This document shows, one piece after another, positions 27,272-34,035 of a DNA stretch of 42,246 bases; position 1 is the stretch's first letter, and every line of letters begins with the position of its first letter. The notes below the pieces were generated by a model. It was given only the letters and a program-made list of their open reading frames with translations, was not told the DNA's origin and searched no databases. Location of the stretch: positions 1 to 42,246 of IMG/VR virus record IMGVR_UViG_3300023283_000230. One strand, given 5' to 3'. The DNA is from a virus (taxonomy: Duplodnaviria; Caudoviricetes). A program made the position numbers and the translations under genes.

Positions 27272-27792
27272 CTACTCGGCCTCACGTGTTGGTTATACAT
27301 CTTCGCCCAATGGCGCATGCTCGACTCGATCGAGCGCGTCTGATAGTGCGCGCCCCAATACTCCGCCAGCGCCATCGCGTCATCATACGCCGGCAGCGCG
27401 TCGGGCACAACCCAATAGCGCAGTCGCGCGTACGCCGTGGCAAGCGCCAGGTTGTACACCAGCTCGGCGGGCCCCGCAAGCGCTGCGTGCCCGGCGTGTT
27501 TAACCTTCAGATCTTCTACCACTCGGCGAACGTCCGGGAAAGGCGGCGTCGAGCGCTGGAGGAGAACACCTTGCAACCAACTGAACGTGGCTGGCTCCAT
27601 CTGGTAGATGCCGAGCGCGGGACCGGAGGGCACCTGTCTTAGATACGTTTCACCGGAAATGGTCGACTCGTATACTGCCGTTCCAAGAAGCAATTCCTCG
27701 GCGGCTTTCGTCCCGAGTCGCCAGCCCCCTTGCTCGAGCCGCCGAAGCACGGGCTGCACTACCAACTGCCGTAACTGCCGTACGTTGATCAT
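27268..27792 (-). CDS. Lysozyme/transglycosylase-like protein (candidate endolysin)
   Basis: LLLGTAVYES (catalytic Glu), GPALGIYQMEPAT, ARLRY, YW..HY. Confidence 0.7.
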   Translation of the reverse strand: MINVRQLRQLVVQPVLRRLEQGGWRLGTKAAEELLLGTAVYESTISGETYLRQVPSGPALGIYQMEPATFSWLQGVLLQRSTPPFPDVRRVVEDLKVKHAGHAALAGPAELVYNLALATAYARLRYWVVPDALPAYDDAMALAEYWGAHYQTRSIESSMRHWAKMYNQHVRPSR

Positions 27793-27798
27793 GTTGCG

Positions 27799-28272
27799 TT
27801 AACCCCGCATATTCGTTCGGATTGAGTCCCCGCCCAGCAAGTCGAGGACACCCTTTACCGCCTCGTCCACCGTATCGAACTGATACGGGCCGAGCGCCGG
27901 ACCGAGGAGCGGGTGCTTTGCCGCGGGCCAGTTCAGCGGACGGGCCACCGAAACAGGCTTGCCCAACGCCCACGCCCAGGCGAGTTCCATTACGGTTCCG
28001 TAACCAGTACCGATCAGGAAATTGAAGATCAGCGCGTCACAACGCCGCACGTCGTGCCAGTCCCGATAGGCGATGCCCTCCGCCGTAAACTGCGGCGACG
28101 TCTGCGGAAGCTCAGCGGATTCGATGGTCTTCCCCCACAGCACCTGTTTCCCGCGCATCGGGTCCAGCGTGCCGACACCCTCCAGCCGCAAGATACCAGC
28201 GGCACGCTGCCGCCACTTGACGGCGTCCAGGTAAGGCAATCCTTCAATCGGTCCTGCGAGATACACGAGCAT
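27799..28272 (-). CDS. Nucleoside 2-deoxyribosyltransferase-like protein
   Basis: VYLAGPI, W R, LDP.R, RD..DV..CD, GTVMELAWA.ALGKPV. Confidence 0.88.
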   Translation of the reverse strand: MLVYLAGPIEGLPYLDAVKWRQRAAGILRLEGVGTLDPMRGKQVLWGKTIESAELPQTSPQFTAEGIAYRDWHDVRRCDALIFNFLIGTGYGTVMELAWAWALGKPVSVARPLNWPAAKHPLLGPALGPYQFDTVDEAVKGVLDLLGGDSIRTNMRG

Positions 28273-28970
28273 TACCGCTTCCTCTTTGGTTCAGTGAATG
28301 CGCGCTCTACGCTCCATCCGCGCGCCAGTCTACTGCGCAAAGTCTCAACTGGCAAGCCCAGGTATTCCGCCCAGGCAGTTAGGGATCGGGCTTCGCTGCG
28401 CCACTCGATCATGTGGCGCCTTGGCCCCGCCGCGTCGAACGTCTCCGGCATTGGAGCCAACCGCAACGTCTCGGCGATTGCCGCGGGATCCGCCGCCCCG
28501 GCGATTAACAGTGCGTCCGCCCGGTCTACATCCTTCTGTCGGGTCAAGTCCAGCGCCGCCTCCGGGTAGGCTTTCCGCGCCACGTCGAGCGCCGCCGCCT
28601 TCGGCGCGCCCAATAGGGCCCACGCTCGTTTCCAGGCCTGAGGCGTCACTAACACAAACGGATACCGAAGACCGTGCAACTCCCCCAATATCATCCCGAC
28701 CGTCCGGCCGAAATTGAACGAGCTCTGAGTCCCCGCAGTGCGCCCGCCCCGGGGTGGCATAGCATGTACCTGCTCGACCACCGTATACGTCGGCGGTAGG
28801 CTCAGTAGCAGCGACCGCAGCGCCGCCCCGTCAAGCTCCCGCGCGCGCCTGGAACCGCGCGGAACCGTGCGCGTAGGCAAGTCCGCCACTGCCTCGAACT
28901 TACCGTTGCGCAACCACGCCAATGCGCCGCTGACGCCGGGGTCGATCCCGAGAATTATGGTGTCAACCAT
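28272..28970 (-). CDS. RuvC-like Holliday junction resolvase with a C-terminal small DNA-binding domain
   Basis: ILGIDPG..GA, VVEQV, F.FG, VTPQAWK, ADALLIA; C-terminal LTAWAEYLGL....LRSRL.RGWSVERA. Confidence 0.88.
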   Translation of the reverse strand: MVDTIILGIDPGVSGALAWLRNGKFEAVADLPTRTVPRGSRRARELDGAALRSLLLSLPPTYTVVEQVHAMPPRGGRTAGTQSSFNFGRTVGMILGELHGLRYPFVLVTPQAWKRAWALLGAPKAAALDVARKAYPEAALDLTRQKDVDRADALLIAGAADPAAIAETLRLAPMPETFDAAGPRRHMIEWRSEARSLTAWAEYLGLPVETLRSRLARGWSVERAFTEPKRKR

Positions 28971-29145
28971 TTCCCCTCAGCCTTTGGTCCGCAGCCAGCC
29001 AGCCGCGAACATACCCGGCGACGTCGCGGGCTGTCAACTCGCCAAGCAACACCTTCAGCTCGGCCGCCTTCCTCGCCCGGGCGAGGGCGGTTTGCTCTGC
29101 CTGAGCATTGGCCCTCGCCCGGGCGATCTTCTTCCGTCGGCTCAC
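28963..29145 (-). CDS. Hypothetical protein
   Basis: GTGA overlap with the upstream HTH gene; tiles to ruvC. Confidence 0.5.
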   Translation of the reverse strand: MSRRKKIARARANAQAEQTALARARKAAELKVLLGELTARDVAGYVRGWLAADQRLRGNG

Positions 29146-29351
29146 GTAACCGACTGGTACGTGACGCCTCGCACCGCGCGCCACGCGGTTGGTACCGCAA
29201 CGTCGAACTTCTCCGCCAGCTGCGAAAAGCTCCAACCCTTCGCGTGCAGGTTTCGCAGCTGGCGAACCTGCGCCGCGGTCAGCTTCGCCCGATGGCTGAG
29301 CTTACGCGCGCGCGCAACGCGCTTCGTCTTCTTACCGTTTGTCTTACTCAT
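29142..29351 (-). CDS. Small helix-turn-helix DNA-binding protein
   Basis: AKLTAAQVRQLR...SFSQLAEKFDVAVPTAWRAVRG.TY. Confidence 0.8.
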   Translation of the reverse strand: MSKTNGKKTKRVARARKLSHRAKLTAAQVRQLRNLHAKGWSFSQLAEKFDVAVPTAWRAVRGVTYQSVT

Positions 29352-29643
29352 TTCAGCGTCCTCTTGGTTGTTGTGGGGCCGTCCGCCCCGAACACTGCGG
29401 CCTCGTTATGGCCGCGTATCCTCGGCGGCGTCAAATTCGACCAGCGCTTCCTCGAGCATCCCAGCATACCAGCCCGCGAGGCACGGCCAGCGGTTGGGCA
29501 TGTCGTGTGGGTAGATGTCTGCTTCGTAGTCCTGCACCCACCCGAAGCGATTTTCTCGCCGTAGGCGCCGGTATTCGTCCAATCTCTTACTCATTTCAGC
29601 GTTCTCCTCGTTGTGGGGCCATCCGCCCCGAACACTGCGGCCT
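29342..29643. repeat. ~60-bp imperfect direct repeat pair (29342-29403 and 29585-29643) flanking a small gene
   Basis: TCTTACTCATTTCAGCGT...GTTGTGGGGCC(G/A)TCCGCCCCGAACACTGCGGCCT occurs twice. Confidence 0.9.
29406..29594 (-). CDS. Hypothetical protein (repeat-flanked cassette)
   Basis: ATGA overlap with the upstream gene; GGAG RBS. Confidence 0.55.
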   Translation of the reverse strand: MSKRLDEYRRLRRENRFGWVQDYEADIYPHDMPNRWPCLAGWYAGMLEEALVEFDAAEDTRP

Positions 29644-29806
29644 TGTCCAGCCGCGTTTCGTACCGTCGGTGCCCGCATGCAGGGCACTCTTGGTAGTCGT
29701 TTGCATCGCGCATCTTACCACAACCGTTAGGGCAGGCGTGGTGCGATTGCGGTGGCTCATCTTGCGCCTCAAGCTCCTCTTCAGAAAGCAGGTAATCGTA
29801 ATACAT
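29591..29806 (-). CDS. Small zinc-ribbon protein
   Basis: CPNGCG...CPACG; GAGGAG RBS. Confidence 0.65.
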   Translation of the reverse strand: MYYDYLLSEEELEAQDEPPQSHHACPNGCGKMRDANDYQECPACGHRRYETRLDKAAVFGADGPTTRRTLK

Positions 29807-29854
29807 TACGATAACTCCTCTGCGGAAAACAGACAACCAAGCGCGGCTCCTCGA

Positions 29855-30241
29855 TCAAACGTCCAACGCCAGTTGCTGGCCTTGTCGAGCCCGCCGGTGG
29901 CGCTCCGCGATCACCGCGCCTATGTGGGACTCCCAGCCGACGAAGCGGGACGTGCACCCACCCTTAGGGCCCCAAGTGAGCACCTCCACGCACGGTTCAT
30001 GAGGTGCCCACTCGTCGCGCACCAGGTTAGCCGCGTCGGCAGGGGACGCAGCGAGCACCTCCACCTCCACCTCCTCGCCCGAGGCCAACATGTCATCAAG
30101 CGGGGCGTGCGGGCTAGCTGCGCGCTCGTTCCGCACGACGCGCACAGTGTAGCGGCTCACCCGCCTCCCGTCCGGGAGGCGTCCGAGGAACCGCGCGCGG
30201 CGGTCGCGCCCGAGCGCTGTGATTGCGTTGGGTAGTCTCAT
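29855..30241 (-). CDS. Hypothetical protein
   Basis: GGAGG RBS; tiles within the early operon. Confidence 0.65.
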   Translation of the reverse strand: MRLPNAITALGRDRRARFLGRLPDGRRVSRYTVRVVRNERAASPHAPLDDMLASGEEVEVEVLAASPADAANLVRDEWAPHEPCVEVLTWGPKGGCTSRFVGWESHIGAVIAERHRRARQGQQLALDV

Positions 30242-30244
30242 GTC

Positions 30245-31057
30245 TCAGTCCTCCTCGACGAGGCGTCCATAGGGTACGAACTCACAACCTTCCTCACCCC
30301 TCTCAGAACCAAGCGCCCGGAGTGCCCGCAGGTAGCGGTCCCCTATCTTGCGATCACCTTTGTAGTCCGGGCCCCAGTGATCCAGCGCCTCCGACATCGT
30401 CAGCCGCCGACAACCGGCGGTGATCACCCACCCGGTGCTGTCGGCAATGGCGACGGGGCGATAGCCTCGGGGGTCCGTCAGGTCTAACTCATAGACACCC
30501 TTGGCGCTCACTAGCTGGGCGCCCCGTAGATCGGTATACCGCAGGTAGGCATTCCGTAAGTCGGCATGCCGCAGGTCGGCGATCTGCAGATCCGCGCCCT
30601 GCAGGATGGCGCCCCGCAGATTAGCGCCCTGCATGTCGGCGCCCTGCATGTCGGCGCCTCGCAGATCAGCGTACAGGAGACTGGCGGATCCCAGGTAGGC
30701 GCCTCGCAGGTCAGCACCTTGCAGGTAGGCGCCCCGCAGATCAGCGCCCCGCAGATCAGCGCGCCGCAGATCAGCGCCCCGCAGATCAGCGCCCCGCAGG
30801 GTGACCTCTTGTAGAGTGGCGCGCCGCAGATCAGCATCCTGCAGGGTAGCGCACAGCAGGTTAGCTTCCGATAGAGCGGCGCGCCGCAGGTCCGCGCGCT
30901 GCAGGTTGGCGTACCGCAGATTAGCGCCCTGCATGTCGGCGCCCTCCAGTCCAGCGCACAGTAGGTTAGCGAAGGGTAGGTTGGCACCGCGCAGGTTGGC
31001 GTCCTGCAGGTTGGCGTACCGAAGATCGGCGCCCGGTTCAAAGCGCTGTTCACTCAT
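30245..31057 (-). CDS. Pentapeptide repeat protein
   Basis: Long A(D/N)LxG-type repeat run (15-bp DNA repeats) plus a C-terminal AGCR-containing domain. Confidence 0.95.
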   Translation of the reverse strand: MSEQRFEPGADLRYANLQDANLRGANLPFANLLCAGLEGADMQGANLRYANLQRADLRRAALSEANLLCATLQDADLRRATLQEVTLRGADLRGADLRRADLRGADLRGAYLQGADLRGAYLGSASLLYADLRGADMQGADMQGANLRGAILQGADLQIADLRHADLRNAYLRYTDLRGAQLVSAKGVYELDLTDPRGYRPVAIADSTGWVITAGCRRLTMSEALDHWGPDYKGDRKIGDRYLRALRALGSERGEEGCEFVPYGRLVEED

Positions 31058-31075
31058 TGCTCAGTCCTCCGATGT

Positions 31076-32089
31076 CTAATTGGTCCGCGCCGGGCGGCCC
31101 GCTACGATCCGCCGGGCGATGCGCAACGCGAGCGCGACGGCACTCGGGTTGCTGTCGTGCGCGAGCACAGTCAACGGCACGGTTGCCGTCGGGTCGATCC
31201 CCCGAGCCCGGCACCACGCATGGATGCCCGAGGTGCAGTACCCTGCGTCTCTGGCATCCGCGATCGTGGCGCCGGCACGCGTCGCGACGCGGGCGAGCAG
31301 CCTCGCGCGGCGCGCGTCGCGGGGCGAGAGCTCCGCTGCCCGGCGCTCGGCCGCCACGAGGGCGCGCTTGCGCGCTACCTCAGCCCGCGCCTGCCGGATG
31401 GTCCGGCCGTGCTCCCAGTCGCCGAATCGCGCCGTGAGATCGGGATGCTGACGGATGGTGACACCCGTGCGCCGGGCGCTGGCGTCGTAGCGGATCCAGT
31501 ACTCCCGGCCCCGGGAGTCCACCCTACGGATGGCGGTCTCATCGCCATCAAGCAGGGCTCGACCCCACGCGATCCCACGCACGGTACGCACGGGCACGGC
31601 GCGCGGCCTCTCCCGGAGGATCTGGTAGAGCGCGCCGGAGGACTCTACCCGCCCTACGGCCCACTGCACCGCGTAGCCGGAGCGCTCGCTCGCGGCCTGC
31701 GACCAGGTGTACGAGTAGCCGTAGCTGCTCGCGACGTACTCCCGGCCGGTGTCGGCGGGCGCGTTGGCGATCGTGCGGAGCACTTCGTCCTCGGTGAGGA
31801 GACGCTGCGAGCAGCGACTCTGGCAGCTGTCGAGCGCCGCGCGGATCTCCGCGCGCAGCGCGATGGTGTCCCGCGCCTGCTCGCGCGGATCGCGGTACCG
31901 CCCGCGCAGGGCGCGGTCGGCCTCGCGCGCGTGCCAGTCGGCGGGCGTCATGGGATCGGGGTCGGGCCAGTATCGGCCCTTGGCCGCCCTCATCTGCCCG
32001 CGCACGGTCTTGGCGCGGGACCCGAGGGCGGCCGCCCGCTTTGCGAGCCGAACGCGGCTCGCGTGGGTCATGGTAGTGGTCGTTGCCAT
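31076..32089 (-). CDS. Arg-rich hypothetical early protein
   Basis: GAGGAG RBS; C-terminal DAR.AGYC.SGI.AWC motif. Confidence 0.65.
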   Translation of the reverse strand: MATTTTMTHASRVRLAKRAAALGSRAKTVRGQMRAAKGRYWPDPDPMTPADWHAREADRALRGRYRDPREQARDTIALRAEIRAALDSCQSRCSQRLLTEDEVLRTIANAPADTGREYVASSYGYSYTWSQAASERSGYAVQWAVGRVESSGALYQILRERPRAVPVRTVRGIAWGRALLDGDETAIRRVDSRGREYWIRYDASARRTGVTIRQHPDLTARFGDWEHGRTIRQARAEVARKRALVAAERRAAELSPRDARRARLLARVATRAGATIADARDAGYCTSGIHAWCRARGIDPTATVPLTVLAHDSNPSAVALALRIARRIVAGRPARTN

Positions 32090-32108
32090 GATACTGCTCT
32101 CCTCGATG

Positions 32109-32846
32109 TTATGCGCTGGCCCGCGCCTCAAAAGCGCGAGTCCCCGGCCCGTGCACTCGGATCACGATCGACTTGCGCGACTTGCTGCTCGACCCCCGGC
32201 AGAGCCCGCACGCTGCGCACGTTGTCTTGTGCCCGGCCTCGGCTGACGCCGGGCAGTCAATCTCGCCAGTCATCCGGGACGCGTCGCCCGAGCGCACGCG
32301 GAAGGTTCGCCAACCCGCTAGCTGCGCTTCGACGCGCTCCTCTGGCGTATCGACCGACGCCATGCAATACGGCTGCAGGCCCGGCGCAGCACGCCACTGA
32401 TGCGTATACCCGGTCCAGCCGTCGGCTCGGGAGCACAGGGACTCCCAGATGTGCGCCGGGACCGCCGCGGGATCCCCGTACGCGCCGAGTCGGAGCCGGC
32501 GCCCGGCACCAAGCTCGGCGAGATCTCCCGCCCGCGGGTACGCGCCGCGCTGATACGCCGCGTACACCGCGCGCGGCGCGGTGTACGTCCGCACGTAGCA
32601 GCTGCGCCCGACGTTGCGCCCATCCTCGATCCGTCCACGATGCGGGCATCCGCCGCAGATGCTCGCGTCCGCGCCGGAATGCGTTGCGTCGACCGGCGAG
32701 ACGTCGGCGCGGAGGATCCAGATCTGGATCATCGCGCCGGTCTTTACGTTGCGGCTCGTCCGCGCAAGCCCAGTCGCGATCGCGACGATCGGTGCCCCGT
32801 CGAGCCGGCTTGGGCCTTCGTAGAGGATTGCGCCGTCCGGTTTCAT
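32109..32846 (-). CDS. Cys-rich conserved phage protein (possible Fe-S/Zn; gene-88/radical-SAM-like fold)
   Basis: LYEGPS.LDG.PIV, N.KTG.M.Q, CGGCPHR..CY, RLGAYGD, GYTHQW, CPA...CAACGLC. Confidence 0.75.
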   Translation of the reverse strand: MKPDGAILYEGPSRLDGAPIVAIATGLARTSRNVKTGAMIQIWILRADVSPVDATHSGADASICGGCPHRGRIEDGRNVGRSCYVRTYTAPRAVYAAYQRGAYPRAGDLAELGAGRRLRLGAYGDPAAVPAHIWESLCSRADGWTGYTHQWRAAPGLQPYCMASVDTPEERVEAQLAGWRTFRVRSGDASRMTGEIDCPASAEAGHKTTCAACGLCRGSSSKSRKSIVIRVHGPGTRAFEARASA

Positions 32847-33079
32847 GTCGTCTCTCCGATCGCAGTATAGGCCCGCGCGAAGGCCAAGTAGCGGCGGTAC
32901 TCGCGCGGAGTGACCTCGATTGTGATCCCGCCGTACGATCCCCGGAGAGCCTCAGGGATCGCGTCGGATCCCAGGTACCCCTCGTCCCACGCTCCCACTA
33001 CGGAGCCGTCAAACGCGACGAAGACACGCCGCGGGTTGCCATTGCCGTCGTTGGGGGCGGCCAGTCTCAGGATGATCAT
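32843..33079 (-). CDS. First gene of the early operon, hypothetical (NDGNGNPRR motif); predicted sRNA target
   Basis: Strong RBS GAGGAGAG; lies directly behind a consensus promoter; ATGA overlap with the next gene. Confidence 0.8.
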   Translation of the reverse strand: MIILRLAAPNDGNGNPRRVFVAFDGSVVGAWDEGYLGSDAIPEALRGSYGGITIEVTPREYRRYLAFARAYTAIGETT

Positions 33080-33109
33080 GGTCTTCTCTCCTCTGGTCAG
33101 TGTGAAGAC

Positions 33110-33138
33110 AGTATAGCAAAGCTTTTTCAGTCTGTCAA
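33110..33138 (-). promoter_or_regulatory. Strong sigma70-type early promoter
   Basis: TTGACA-17 bp-TATACT with extended -10 TG, on the minus strand. Confidence 0.9.
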
Positions 33139-33143
33139 GTGCC

Positions 33144-33203
33144 AAAAAAAAGCCCCGGCGGCGCTCGGCGCGGGAGAGAAGCACGCGAGCAGCCGGCCAG
33201 GGC
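33144..33203 (-). terminator. Intrinsic terminator formed by the 3' hairpin of the sRNA
   Basis: GC-rich stem followed by T8 on the minus strand. Confidence 0.75.
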
Positions 33204-33230
33204 AACGGCGCCGGGTGACCAGCCCGACGC
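33144..33230 (-). ncRNA. Putative two-hairpin antisense small RNA (~87 nt)
   Basis: Own promoter, an 8-bp stem with loop CUGGUCA, a ~20-bp stem with loop CUUCUCUCC, and a U8 tail. G.U pairs support the minus strand. Both loops are complementary to the downstream mRNA leader. Confidence 0.75.
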
Positions 33231-33235
33231 AAAAC

Positions 33236-33264
33236 AGTGTAGCACCGGATTAGGAGGGGCGCAA
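33236..33264 (-). promoter_or_regulatory. sigma70-type promoter for the sRNA
   Basis: TTGCGC-17 bp-TACACT with extended -10 TG. Confidence 0.7.
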
Positions 33265-33293
33265 GGCCTCGGGGGCGGTAGGTAGGCCTGGGG

Positions 33294-33509
33294 TCAGAGT
33301 AGATCGTCGATCCCCGCGCCAGGATCGGCCGGTTTTCCGGCGTCTATTGGGGCTCTCGGCGCCCGGGGCGAAGCGGATCGCGGCCGGTACCGCCATAGTG
33401 GGCAGGTAGTGGAGGGGCACTCCTCGGTTTGCTGGCGCCAGGTCCCGCCGGCGTGCGGATCGTAGATGCATTGCCGGCACATGCGCTCGATGGCTAGCTT
33501 ACGGCTCAT
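33294..33509 (-). CDS. Small Cys4 zinc-binding protein
   Basis: AI..MCRQC...ECPSTTCPLWRYRP; ATGA overlap; GAGGAGGAG RBS. Confidence 0.75.
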   Translation of the reverse strand: MSRKLAIERMCRQCIYDPHAGGTWRQQTEECPSTTCPLWRYRPRSASPRAPRAPIDAGKPADPGAGIDDLL

Positions 33510-33796
33510 GAGACGGGCTCCTCCTCGTCTGACAGCACGCGCTCGACCCAAGCGTACACGTCCGGCCGGTGCGCTGCAAGCAAGGCGGCGTCGCGGGAGC
33601 GCGCGAGACGCTGGGCGACCCTGCCCCAGCCAAACCGGTAGTTCGCCTTGCTCGGCGCTCGGCCTTTTGCGACCAGTTTGACTGACATCCAGTCGCCACG
33701 ATCTGGCCCGAAAGCGTAGAGCGCCCACTTTTCATTCTCGGCCAGCAAGCGGCCGCCATCTGGCGCATGGCCGCGAAATCGTCGCTGTCTCGGCAT
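33506..33796 (-). CDS. Hypothetical protein
   Basis: GGAG RBS; first ORF of the leftward arm. Confidence 0.65.
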   Translation of the reverse strand: MPRQRRFRGHAPDGGRLLAENEKWALYAFGPDRGDWMSVKLVAKGRAPSKANYRFGWGRVAQRLARSRDAALLAAHRPDVYAWVERVLSDEEEPVS

Positions 33797-33853
33797 CCCT
33801 TGTCTCCATCCAGGATCAGCGGCGAAGTATGGGCCTCCGACCGGCGAAAGTCA

Positions 33854-34008
33854 ACTGTAACAAAATCAAGGTGAACTCCCGGTCGGCGCGGGAGAGCAAG
33901 CGTCCCCCCGGGTGGCACCTCCGCCCTTCCCTATAGGGGAAGCGGAGGGCCGAGCGCGCTCTCTCCGCGCCTAGGGTTCACCTTGCGGTTTGGGATCTGT
34001 GATAAAAT
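33854..34008. promoter_or_regulatory. Divergent promoter region with nested inverted repeats
   Basis: Minus-strand TGTTACAGT (33854-33862), plus-strand TGATAAAAT (34000-34008), inverted CAAGGTGAAC/GTTCACCTTG, and a central hairpin at 33918-33948. Confidence 0.65.
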
Positions 34009-34035
34009 GTCTGTTTTTAGCCGAGGGAAGATCCC

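Noticed and set aside
32864-32869. TATACT upstream of the gene starting at 32846 as an extra promoter
   Set aside because: No -35 at proper spacing and no extended TG; it lies within coding sequence.
31157-33253. 698-aa plus-strand ORF
   Set aside because: Low-complexity Arg/Ala/Pro shadow ORF opposite well-formed minus-strand genes in very GC-rich DNA.
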